Below are positions 13,518 to 24,049 of a DNA stretch of 64,000 bases, piece after piece. The DNA lies in assembly GCF_947568905.1 (NCBI RefSeq), contig NC_079167.1, positions 4,774,001-4,838,000 on the forward strand, given 5' to 3'. Position numbers and translations under genes: made by a program. The notes beneath the pieces were generated by a model. The model was given only the letters and a program-made list of their open reading frames with translations, had not been told where the DNA came from and ran no database searches. The DNA is from Ostrea edulis. Its lineage: Eukaryota. The stretch's first letter is position 1; each line of letters opens with the position of its first letter.

Positions 13518-14245
13518 GTTGTTGTTGTCGGTTCCTTTTTATTTCCGTGCAGAATTACGAGTATTGTCCACACTAGTGGGCCCCCTTCCAGGTATTTGGT
13601 TAGCTGCACGAATGGCAGATCTCACCTCAGATCTCCATTTTTTCTGGTCTTGAGGGTTGGCAGTAGAGAGCTTTCATTCTCTACGATCTTTCTCCGTCAG
13701 CTCTCTCCATGATAGCATTGGCCGACCAACTCTACATCTCCCAGGAACTTGTATATTTAAAGCGCACTTGACTGCACTGCTGGATCTGACAATGTGGCCA
13801 TACCAGCGGAATCTCCTTTCCCTTAAGATGAGGTCGAGGTCATAGATGCCAAGCCGCCCCAGCAATTCAGTTGAACCTACAGTGGCCATATCTTCAGGCT
13901 TGATGTTACAGATCTGTCTTATCATGGCCCTGTCATTGCGCAGTAGGTGATGAAGATTTGGCTTGGTCAGTGCCCAGGTCTCACTGGCATGGAGCATAGC
14001 GCTCCGTACTCGGGTGTTATACACTCGACCACAGGTCTTGTATGACAGGTGGCGTGATGTTAGGACTGGTAGCAGTTCCTTGAACTTCTTCCAAATGGTC
14101 TTCCCACGCATAGTGGTTGCAAGGTCACAGCCATCAGCTGCGGAAAGCATGTCTCCGAGGTATTAGAAGGAACCTACAACCTCCAACTTGTCCAGACCAA
14201 CTTGGATATCACTCTGCGGCCTGCTCTCATGACGCGAACACAGCT
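13518..14245 (-). mobile_element. 5'-truncated RTE-clade LINE (end of RT and C-terminal region), with an in-frame stop
   Basis: Minus-strand LEVVGSF*YLGDML...AMLHASETWAL...LRERRFRWYGHIVR...GRPMLSW, typical of RTE ORF C-termini; (CAA)n tail at ~13518-13528. Confidence 0.85.
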
Positions 14246-14513
14246 ATGAGCAATGTATTGTTTATTAACAATATGGTCCAAAAGTAATTGGTGTGTGTGT
14301 TCACTCAACAAAGTTAACAAATAATTATAATTTTTAGCTCACCTGAGCTTTTCTGATCACCTGTTATCCATCTTTTTCACATTATTGACTTCTTCAGAAC
14401 AACTGGGCCAAACTTGGCAAAAAGCAATCTTGGGTGAAGGAGATTCAAGTATATTTAAATAAAGGGCAATGCCCTTCTCCAAGGATGGCTAATCACGAAA
14501 ATGCAAAGACATG

Positions 14514-14568
14514 ATTGATTGTGTATTGTTTAACATCCCGCTTGATAGTTTTTCGTTATGGAGACATC
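14514..14568 (-). mobile_element. SINE 3'-end remnant
   Basis: (TTGA)n tail plus TTGTTTAAC.TCCC...GGAGAC motif, also seen at ~51161-51220 and ~56183-56260. Confidence 0.5.
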
Positions 14569-15451
14569 TAAAATATGCAAAAGTAAGGTAGAGTCATTTA
14601 AAAATCTTCTCAACAACAACTGGGCCAGGAAAGTTAAAATTTATATGAAAGGTTTTTTTTTCAAGTCATGGCCCAATTAGGGTGGGGCCACATAGGAGAT
14701 CGAAAGTTTTACATGCGAGTACATGTATATAAGGAAAATTACAGTATGTTTTAAAGCAAGATTTCATTTGTTTTTTTCACTATGACAGTCCTCCTGAGAT
14801 GTGACGGTAGATTTGCAACGGTCTAGTCAAGCTAGAAAATCTGTCAAGTGCAACAATCACATCTGGGGTAAAAAGAAAATGTTGCAGATAAACTGAGAAA
14901 TTCATGCCAGCTTTTATCTTGGCCGAAATTCGGCTCGATTGGATAATTGGGAATGACGCATTTTCAAAGCAGTGTAGTGCTATGATTAGTCATATCAATT
15001 TGCGATGCGACAAACAGTGCAGCTAGATTTAAGTTTGTCCTACTCATGACCCCCAGGGGTTGGGAGGGGATACCATAGTGAGATTAAAGTTTTACATGGG
15101 GATATATAAGGAAAATGTTCTAAAAATCTTCTCGGGAACAACAGAGCCGTGATTAGTCATATTAATATGCAAGCATCCCCAGTACAGGTTGTGTAGACTA
15201 TGATTCAAGTTTCAGGCCCCTAGAGTTACAGCTACAATAGAATAGTTTTACAAGGGGGGCTTTTTTCTAGAGATGATTATATATAAAGATGTAAGCATCA
15301 CCAAGTACATGTAGTAAGGATGTACATCTGTTTAAATTACGACCCCATGGGGTAGGATGGGGCCTCAATAGGTCAATGTTTAATGTGGTAATATCATCCT
15401 CACAAGTGCTTTTGTGATTACGTACACTCCACACAAAGTGCGGAGCATACA

Positions 15452-15663
15452 TAATCACAACCTGAACTTGTGAGGATGTGTGGAGGGTACCTAATCACAA
15501 AACCTGGACTTGTGAGGATGTGTGGAGGGTACGTAATCACAAAACCTGAACTTGTGAGGATGTGTGGTCAAGGGTACGTAATCACAAAACCTGGACTTGT
15601 GAGGATGTGTGGAGGGTACGTAATCACAAAACCTGAACTTGTGTGGAGGGTACGTAATCACAA
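15452..15663. repeat. Minisatellite, 42-bp unit x ~5
   Basis: TAATCACAAAACCTG(G/A)ACTTGTGAGGATGTGTGGAGGGTACG; units start at 15492 and 15534. Confidence 0.9.
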
Positions 15664-15807
15664 TTAAACATTGACTTGTGGGGATGCGGTAATGTATGGG
15701 GGAAATCTTTTAAATTCTTTTTTTTTTTTTAAATATCATCAGGGTCATGACTAGTCATATTGATATGCAAGTATTGCAGATTTCATAGCCCTAGAGGGTA
15801 GGACCAC

Positions 15808-15866
15808 TGTTGTGTAGTAGTCTTTCCCCCTAGCCATCTTTCCCCCGGAAAAATGGCAATATAGTA

Positions 15867-15897
<31 letters not shown>

Positions 15898-17018
15898 GGA
15901 AAAATGGCTATATAGTAGATCTTCCCCCACGGAAAAGTGGCTTTATAGTAGGATTTTCCCCCCTTTTATAGCCAGATGATCTCCACGGTAAACCTACTAT
16001 ATAGTAGATCATTCCGGTTATGTTTACGGCGGACCATTCCCATATTCTTTCCATTCTGAAATTGATCCTTTTTTGGCTATTCATTTTCTTTATATCCTAA
16101 ATGGATAGTTAATTTCCGAATTCCCTTAATTGGGATTTTTGGAAATATATATTAATTCAACAAACATCGTTTAATTCATTCAGTCGAATGTTATGTAAAA
16201 CAATCATATACGTATTTAGAGTGTAAAATCAGAATAGTTCGTGCTTTTAAAACAGCACCTATTTAGGCAACTCAGAATTTGTTAATTAAACGGATAAGTT
16301 TTTATCGTACAAGGAATCAAAATTGACTATCTCCAATTGATAAACACAAAAACTTTTCATACAGATAGTGGAGTAAACTAAATTGTACGATTCTGTTGGT
16401 TGCCTACTCCTGATTCCAAATTGCGGCTACTAAGGAATCAACTCGCTCTCTCGCTAGGACATGATTCGTTAAACCTCATTAGAGGAAGTAGGATTTTTCA
16501 AATGAATTAGATGTTTTTGAGAGGAAACTTTCCTCCCAGCTGTTCTCGGGTCATTGGTGGATTAATAGATGTGAATATGTTATCGATATAATCGTAATTA
16601 TTCCAGGCGGTGCAACTCAGTCCCAGCTGTACTGTCAGTACTTTGATTTATACATGTTCGTTTACATAATTTCTCCATAGATGCATGAATTTATTTTGAA
16701 TCTGACAGATGGACAATTGTCATCATATTTCATTCCTATACGAAGAATAATCTGGAAAAGTTTTGATTTTTAGTATGCATTCCTAAAACGTTTTTAGCTC
16801 GCTCAACTGAGCTTTTCTGATCACCTCTTGTCCGTCGTCTGTAACCTTTCCACATTTTCGACTTCTTCTCCGGAACCACTGGACCAATTTCAACCAAAAT
16901 TGACACAAAACTACCTGGGGTAATGGGGATTCATGTTATTTAAATGAAGGGCCACAGTAACCAGCAAAGTAGTAAAAATACATTGACGACTTTTCAAAAT
17001 CTTCTCCAAAACCACTGT

Positions 17019-17053
<35 letters not shown>

Positions 17054-18060
17054 TGATTAAATCTGTTTAAATGAAGAGTTATAGGGCCTCTACAGGGGGG
17101 TATGATAATCAAATAATGAATTTTGTGTTGTTACCTTTGATTTTTTTTTTTCTGAATTAAAGTCAGTGGCGGGTTCAGAGGGGGGCGCAGTTTATTTTGT
17201 AAACCAGGTTGCAGGGTTTCAGGATAGGGGAAGGGGGGATGGTCAAAGAGAGTTAATGTTTATAATGCTTAAAACCTTATGTCTAGTTATGTTGGTGTTA
17301 TATGAAAACTAGATAAATAAGAAGATGAAAGATGAGGTGATCAGGATGCTGCCTACCCGAGTAATACTTTGGGAAAGACTTTGCTGGAGGGGGATGGTGG
17401 TGTCTGAAATTCCGTCTATTAATCTGCCAAAATATATTGAGATATTGAACACTGAATGCTTTTGTAAAGAGGTTACATAATGCAGTCTACCATATGTTTC
17501 AATTGTAAAGGTTTTGGGGGATTGTGCATATAAGAGCCTTTCAGACAGGTCCATGCATGGGCTCAGGTGACCGCCAAGGCCCATTGGCCTCTTGTTAATT
17601 CAAGATATCGATACAATTAAGACTGCAGAACATCATTGAACATAAAAGATTTATTCTGATACAAATATAATTGCAAGTGGGCTTACTCCTTGTTTTCCAC
17701 AAAATGCTTTTTATGAATTTATATATAATTTCGCATGTTTTATACTTTCTCAGTAATACCGTTAACTATGTCTCTAAAATGTATCTCTTTGAAAATACAT
17801 GTATCTACATTCAAACTATCGGCAACATACACTCTTCGATACTCAGATCTATGCAATATCAATATTTGTTGTACAAAGCCTGATTGACTTTCCACAATCT
17901 GTTTTCTAAAATCAAAACCAAAAACGTGAGGGGGAAACCCTGCTATGGGGGGAGATCTTCTATATACTATATAGTAGACTTTCCCCATAGGGAGAAAGGC
18001 TACTATATAGCCATTTTTCCGGGGGTAAAGCTACTATGGGTGAAAGGCTGCTATACAACA
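15808..18060. mobile_element. Non-autonomous TIR DNA transposon with TGT...ACA termini and 4-bp TSD (Ginger-like)
   Basis: Imperfect TIRs of at least ~60 bp with internal CTATATAGTAG subrepeats; TSD CCAC at 15804-15807 and 18061-18064; interrupts a Cg170-like GGCCACAATAGG motif. Confidence 0.7.
16791..17596 (+). mobile_element. Helentron-like element nested in the Ginger-like transposon
   Basis: 5' TTTTTAGCTC...GAGCTTTTCTGATCAC; 3' CTCAGGTGA...GGCCCATTGGCCTCTTGTT. Confidence 0.7.
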
Positions 18061-18380
18061 CCACAATAAGGAATAAAGAATTTCACATATGTCAATGTAT
18101 GGGGGATTTTTAAAAAAAAAAAGAAAAAAAATCTTAATCCCAAGTGTAGCAGGGTCATGATTAGTAATAAGTAAACATCCTCGGTTCTGCAGATTCAAGT
18201 TTCTTCAAACTATGGTCCAGTGATAAGTCGTATCCAGTCAGCACGGGTTCAAAGTTTTCCGTGGGATATATTGGGATTACTTTAAAACAATGACCAGTAC
18301 AATCATTCTCAGTTAGTGCATATTCAAGCAAGTTTGTTTGAATCATGGCCCCAGATGGTAGGTTTGGGCCACGTTAGAGT

Positions 18381-18427
<47 letters not shown>

Positions 18428-18670
18428 GGGGCTTTTACATTTGAAGTATACATTTTTATCTTGAAAAAAAATCTCAAAAACCACTGGGGCAATGGATAGT
18501 CATATTGCTATGTAAGCATTTCAACGTAGTGCCGATTCACATTTTGACAAAAATCTTTTCAAGAGCAGCAGAGCTACACTGTGAAAACAAGACAGAAAAG
18601 ACCGAATATAAATCACCCCCTTGTTTTCACGGAAATTGCACTAAACCATAATAGATCTATAGACAAACGT

Positions 18671-18764
18671 CAGTCTAATTAAAATCAGATCCTAGGATGC
18701 GCTCACAATCGCTTGTACTCAGAGTATACGGGGCGGATCTAAGAAGTCTGATTTTAATTAGATT
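18671..18764. mobile_element. 94-bp MITE with 10-bp TSD (Mutator-like TSD length)
   Basis: TIR CA(G/A)TCTAATTAAAATCAGA; direct repeat AGACAAACGT at 18661-18670 and 18765-18774. Confidence 0.8.
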
Positions 18765-18944
18765 GAGACAAACGTTCTCCAGTCAACATGTCAATTCAAG
18801 TTTTTAATGGACTCTAGGGTTAGTCTGAGGCTGAAATCAGGGATCAAATTTTACATGATACGATAAATATAAGGGGAGTCTCTTAAAAATCTTCTCATGA
18901 ACTGCCAAGGCCAGCTCATGTTAGTCGTATTGATACTGCTGGTC

Positions 18945-19225
18945 CGCGGTAACTCTGGTAGAGCGTTCGCTTCGCCATAGGAGGTCGTGAGTTCAAGCCA
19001 GCTTGTACCATGGCACGTCAAACCTAAAACGTAAACAGGTAGTTGTTGCCTCTTTCGCCAAACGCTCGCATTTAGAAGTAAGAATCACGGGTCTTTCGGA
19101 TATGACCTTGAAGGGGGTCTCGTGTCGCGGCAGGCGTTGGCACGTTATTTAATAACCCTCATTGCTACGTTCGGTAAGCATACGTTTAAATATGTGGTAC
19201 TTCACCTTCAGCTGTTACGTCTCAG
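18945..19225 (+). mobile_element. tRNA-derived SINE (3'-degenerate)
   Basis: A-box-like TGGTAGAGCG and B-box-like GAGTTCAAGCC head, followed by a body resembling oyster SINE2 families; does not fold as a complete tRNA. Confidence 0.65.
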
Positions 19226-19334
19226 TACAAACAACCATATTGATACCGAGGCATATATACCCATGTTGTGTGGATTCAAGTTTGATTAAATCATAACTCC
19301 ATGGGGCTAGGTTGGGATCATTTATATATAGATA

Positions 19335-19895
19335 AGCATTGTCCATGGGATTATGGCAAACTAACAACTCAACTTTATGACAAACAGGATGATTTCAGCT
19401 TCTCCATCGTCAACTTCCCATGTAGTAATATTCCATTATCACCTGCATATATGGTGTTCAAATATCTCTCAACTGATTTGATACGCAAGAACTTGTTCGG
19501 CGTATGGTCAGTTTTTAAATCGAGGCAAGCTTCTGACAAACAAGTTGATGGTACAGGGGTTTCAACAGTCTTGTTTAAGCATTTCGCAAATTCTGTGGTC
19601 GTTATGACGGTCTAGTTTGCCAATACAACCTATCATTGGGTCAAATGCTGTCTGACGTGTTTCATACCGATTGTTAGGCCGTTCGTGACACACTGATTTC
19701 ACTACGAATAACTCGTTTACCTGATCAGGATATAGGGCTCACGGCGGGTGTGACCGGTCGACAGGGGATGCTTACTCCTCCTAGGCACCTGATCCCACCT
19801 CTGGTGTGTCCAGGGGTCCCGTGTTTGCCCAACTATCTGTTTTGTATTCCTTGTGGGATTTATGAGATTGATCACTGTTCGATATCTTCACCTTT
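19335..19895 (+). mobile_element. Penelope-like retroelement 3' remnant (RT C-terminal region plus 3' tail)
   Basis: Frameshifted GKLTTQLYDKQDDFSFSIVNFP..SNIPLSPAY..SQLI.YAR.C reading, which I recognise as an abundant mollusc PLE-like RT tail. Confidence 0.6.
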
Positions 19896-20147
19896 CAGAG
19901 GGTAAACAATCTTATAAAGAATAGCATCTAACGACTAGGTGATGTAGGTGAGTGGTGTGGCTCTTTTGGGTATCTTGTAAATGACAAAACCTGAACGCGG
20001 TCTCTCTGCTTGATCATGCGAGCGAAATTCAGCGTTTTAGTATTAAGCAGAGAAAGAATTGAATGAAACTATGATATTGCATCACTCAAACGCATACTCT
20101 GTAATTTCTTGCAAAAATTTCTTGTTAATGTGTTTGATGCGCATATA

Positions 20148-20246
20148 CAATCTAATTATAATCAGACCTTCTCTAACCGTTACACTGGAGCAGTGTTATA
20201 CTGGAGCAGTGTAACGGTTAGAGAAAGTCTGATTTTAATTAGATTG
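20148..20246. mobile_element. 99-bp near-perfect hairpin MITE, same family as 18671-18764
   Basis: CAATCTAATT...AATTAGATTG; 10-bp TSD TGCGCATATA at 20138-20147 and 20247-20256. Confidence 0.85.
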
Positions 20247-20572
20247 TGCGCATATACCACCTTACGTCACAAGGAAAGTAAAATAAAAATTCTAGTCTTT
20301 TGTAAAATTTGAACATAGAGAGGAGAGCTTTAAAGTAGATGGGGGATGTTCCTAGTTCATTTTTAATGGCTAAATTTGAAGCTTTTTTTCTGTACACTCA
20401 AAATATTTTTAATTATTAAGTGCTGTATATTTTCAAAGGATAGTTGGTCACAATTGTTAATGTTAATATTAAAGTTTGAAATCCAAATTTCAGAACCATA
20501 TAAAATGATAGGTTCGATAAGAGCAGACTAAAGTTTTAAAAGAGTTTTTACAGATAATTTATCATAAAAGGG

Positions 20573-20812
20573 TCAGGAATGTTTTGTTGCATTAACAGCT
20601 TTCCGTGCACGGTCAGCTAGCTGTTCAGCTGCGTATTCAAGTTTACCATTACAACTGAAAATAATTCCCAAGTATTTATATTCATGTGTAAGATGAATTA
20701 TTGAGTGATTATAATAAAAACAGCGTTGAGCTGTGTCAATTTTCTTATTTGAGAAAATCATTGCATTAGTTTTAAATTTTTTCCCCTTCAAGCAAGAGTA
20801 GTGAGTACACAT
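20573..20812 (-). mobile_element. LINE reverse-transcriptase remnant
   Basis: HEYKYLGIIFSCNGKL...QLADRARKA matches the Y.YLG motif and downstream helix of non-LTR RTs. Confidence 0.65.
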
Positions 20813-22488
20813 TTTATACTACATGTATTTTCATGCAGGAAGTGTTAGTGATGCGGCACAAGGATACAGGAGAATGAGAGAGGGAAAAAGAGGGAATGAG
20901 CATGTCTGATCTTCTCTTTCTGTTGGTCGTCCAAACCTTTGTGGGGGTTTTTAATATTCGATGTTCCATAATAATTTTATTGACTGAAACACCGTGTTCG
21001 GAAAGCGTGATGTCCTGTCCTTGATTGTAACTAATTGATAATTATTGGTTTTCTAATCATATATACAATATGGTTACCCAACCATGAAGCTTGGACTTGG
21101 GGTGTACCAAGTGATTTGTTAGAGGCAAAAATCTTTTGTTCGAGGTGTGAAAATGTACTAACGTGGAGTTGACCAGACTCGCATGTCCACATAGGAAAGC
21201 CACAGAGGACGTTTTAAAAGACGTTTGGCTTCTTGCATAGATGCGTTAGTTGGATAATGTGCTTTTTTAATTGTTATAAAAATGAAAGTACACATATATT
21301 TCACACCGTAAGAAAGAATCCTGTGCCCTATATGGAGCGTACGCTTACTAATGATTGAGGGAATTAGAATTCTGAATCTATGCTAATCAAGATATGCCCT
21401 ATTGGGATCTTTCCTAGTGATAGGGTCCTAACAATACATTGATTGTTTGGGTGTTGCTGAAAGATATAGAACAAGTGATAGAAGGTTTACTAAAGAGATT
21501 ACAAAGACACTAGAAAAACTTCATCTCACCTCAAGACATTTTTCTTTCGAATACCGTGTATCATTATATTTTGTTATAAATATTTAACATATATAAATAA
21601 AACTATCATTAATATTAGCAAAAATATGGTAAAAGTACGTTCTGTAAGGAACAAAAACTTTGGACAAATTTCTGTGAAACAATATTTGCACTTATTTAAA
21701 AAAAAAAATCCGTTGATTTCATTTAGTAAACAAACATACACATCAAAAAGCATGTAAATGTAGTCTGATTAAATTATTTGTTGAAAGTAGTTTAAAATTC
21801 AGAACATATTTATTTCAGTAGTAAAAAAATCAGGAGTTTCTGCCCAAGGTTCAGGTTTTGGCATTTACAAAAATATACCAGATTTACCGTTTTTGATAAG
21901 TGAAAATTCTGGTTCGAAATGTTTGAAAAACAATGTCAAGAGAATTTTAAACGATTCATGTCTAAAAGATCATTGTAACAATAATCACAAAAAGCTTGAT
22001 GTCATTATAATCAGTATTAAGAGAGAAATATTGATAAATTGCAATCTGGAACTGTTGACCTTTCGGCTGTACTACATTTACCGTTGCCCGCGTCCGGAGG
22101 GGTCAATAGAATAAGGCTATATTTAGATATTACAATATTAGTGACCGGAAATTAAGGTTGATTGACTGACGGATATCGGAAAATTAAGGAAAACGGAGCC
22201 TTTTCACACTTGCGATGAGAATGTTTGTTTCCTAAAGGTCGTAGAAACTGCACTGGTAATCGTAACAACAAAAACGACCATTCTTTAAAGTCATATTATC
22301 CACATTTTCCCGTTCGTCGAGTACCCATAAATCGCCACCTTACAAAATGTCCGCCCTGTAGAAATGGCCGCCAGCATCTACCTTTTCATCAACTTTACAA
22401 CAAAATACTGATCAACTGTGCATATTATTCCATCGCGACAACTAAAGAAACTGTTCAAAACGTACTACCAACCAAAACTCTGGGGACG

Positions 22489-23640
22489 ATGTCACAACAG
22501 TCTTCTATGTTAAAAGAGCCCGAGGAAGGTCAAAAACAAATTATAGAGGCGATAAAACAGAACAACTTGACAGCACTAGAAAAGTTAATCTGCCAAGATA
22601 ATGTGTCTCCTAACTTCTGCATCAATGATACAACCCCAATATGCACAGCAGCAGAAGTAGGGAACGAGGCAGCCCTAGCTATTCTTCTCCGTGGTCATTG
22701 TATTCTTGACACTCCAGACGTGCAGGATGACGTATGGCAAAGACTGCCAATACACATTGCAGCATCTAGAGGACATGATGCATTTCTAAAGCTACTTCTT
22801 GAACATATCGAAGATGTCAATGTTGAAGACGATGACCGGCGCACTGCTTTGCACTGGGCAGCTATATTTGGATATGATAATATAGCAGAAATATTGTTAA
22901 AAGCAGGGGCCAATGTGAATGGTGTTAAGGGTAAAGGCCTTACCCCTCTCTATGCTGCGACTTGTTTTGGACACATTGAAGTTTGTCGTGTTTTGCTAAA
23001 ATATGGAGAAGATGCGATGTTGTGTGATGAAGAAGGATGGAATATTATCCACACAGCAGCTGATTATGGGCATTTGGAAATCTTGAAACTGATGTCGATC
23101 TCAGGACCTTCTTTATTATGCAGAACAGAAGATGGAGAGAATGCTTTGCACATTGCATCAAGTGGAGGTCATCTCCATGTTGTCAAGCACCTTGTACAAT
23201 GTGGCATTCCATTGAACACGCTGACAAAAGAAGGATTTACAGCTCTCCATCTCAGTGTACAATTCAACAGGCCAGCTGTCTTTCAATTCTTACTGCAGGC
23301 AGGAGCTGATATGTATATGCTCAACAACAAAGGGCAAAGTATATGTTATTTAGTTGCACTCAAGATGGATCCAACATTTATAGAATTACTAGTGGATGCT
23401 GGCTACAATTTTAGTACAGAAGATTGGATTCTTAGCAATTCATTCCCAGCTACTAACAATACAATTCAGAGCCTCGGCATGAAAAAATATATAAGGAGCA
23501 TAGCACGGAATCCACTAACTTTATTCCATCTTTGTCAGTTTAGAATTGCTCGCTTGCTTGGCTGGAACTTTAAAACTTTTGCAGAGTCGTTACCCATTCC
23601 GACATACTTAAAGCAGGTTATGAAACAAACTGGACCATAG
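22489..23640 (+). CDS. Intronless ankyrin-repeat and SOCS-box protein (ASB-like), paralog A, 383 aa
   Basis: ~7-8 ankyrin repeats (TALHWAA..G, TPLYAA..GH, NALHIA..GHL, TALHLSV); C-terminal SOCS box PLTLFHLCQFRIARLL...LPIPTYLKQ with BC-box and LPxP Cul5-box. First in-frame ATG is 22489; the ORF-track start at 22225 is a TTG with no homology to B1/B2. Confidence 0.9.
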   Translation: MSQQSSMLKEPEEGQKQIIEAIKQNNLTALEKLICQDNVSPNFCINDTTPICTAAEVGNEAALAILLRGHCILDTPDVQDDVWQRLPIHIAASRGHDAFLKLLLEHIEDVNVEDDDRRTALHWAAIFGYDNIAEILLKAGANVNGVKGKGLTPLYAATCFGHIEVCRVLLKYGEDAMLCDEEGWNIIHTAADYGHLEILKLMSISGPSLLCRTEDGENALHIASSGGHLHVVKHLVQCGIPLNTLTKEGFTALHLSVQFNRPAVFQFLLQAGADMYMLNNKGQSICYLVALKMDPTFIELLVDAGYNFSTEDWILSNSFPATNNTIQSLGMKKYIRSIARNPLTLFHLCQFRIARLLGWNFKTFAESLPIPTYLKQVMKQTGP

Positions 23641-23670
23641 CTTTTGGATCGACGTAATCAACAAAATAAA

Positions 23671-23830
23671 TTTATCGACGACGTTTTATCTATTAACAAT
23701 AATCATTATCATTGTCGATTCGATGTATCCGTGTGAACAACAAATAAAAGACACTACAGAGTTGTCCACTTCTGCTTCATACTTAGATATTTCATTGAAA
23801 GTAGATATTAAAGGGAAATTATCGACTTTA
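23671..23830 (+). mobile_element. Penelope-like RT fragment (catalytic FIDD region) directly after the ASB-A stop; duplicated at ~31756-31925
   Basis: FIDDVLSINNN...IKDTTELSTSASYLDISLKVDIKGKLST with a frameshift. Confidence 0.65.
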
Positions 23831-24049
23831 TGAAAAAAGTCACGTGGTACGGAAAGGTAATGGACGTGTTTTCTACCTGTCCGTATTTTTGACCTATAAA
23901 TCTGAGTTTCTCAGAGTTTCTACAAATTCCTGTTGACGCAAAAGTGGATACTTTTAAAAGGTAACTGTCAACCTTCAACTTTTGCCAAGGAAATGCGCTT
24001 TCTTTAAACTTTGTAAATAGTTTGTATATGAATATACACTAGCCTTGAG

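Larger units (their letters stand above)
14331..15790 (+). mobile_element. Degraded Helentron-like / Cg170-related remnants
   Basis: TTTTTAGCTCACCTGAGCTTTTCTGATCACC start and several decayed Cg170-like segments; boundaries approximate, and related sequence continues beyond 18060. Confidence 0.55.

Noticed and set aside
18381-18426. Long poly-G/C runs (also ~15868-15897, 25891-25913, 34937-34962) as functional G-quadruplex elements
   Set aside because: They lie within repeats or introns, differ in length between duplicates, and homopolymer length is unreliable in assemblies.
18945-19020. tRNA gene (also the tRNA-like segment at ~56440-56515, minus strand)
   Set aside because: Only A/B boxes are recognisable, with no intact cloverleaf or anticodon arm; consistent with SINE heads.
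22225-22488. 88-aa N-terminal extension of ASB-A in the ORF track
   Set aside because: It starts at TTG and has no counterpart in B1/B2; homology begins just after the ATG at 22489.
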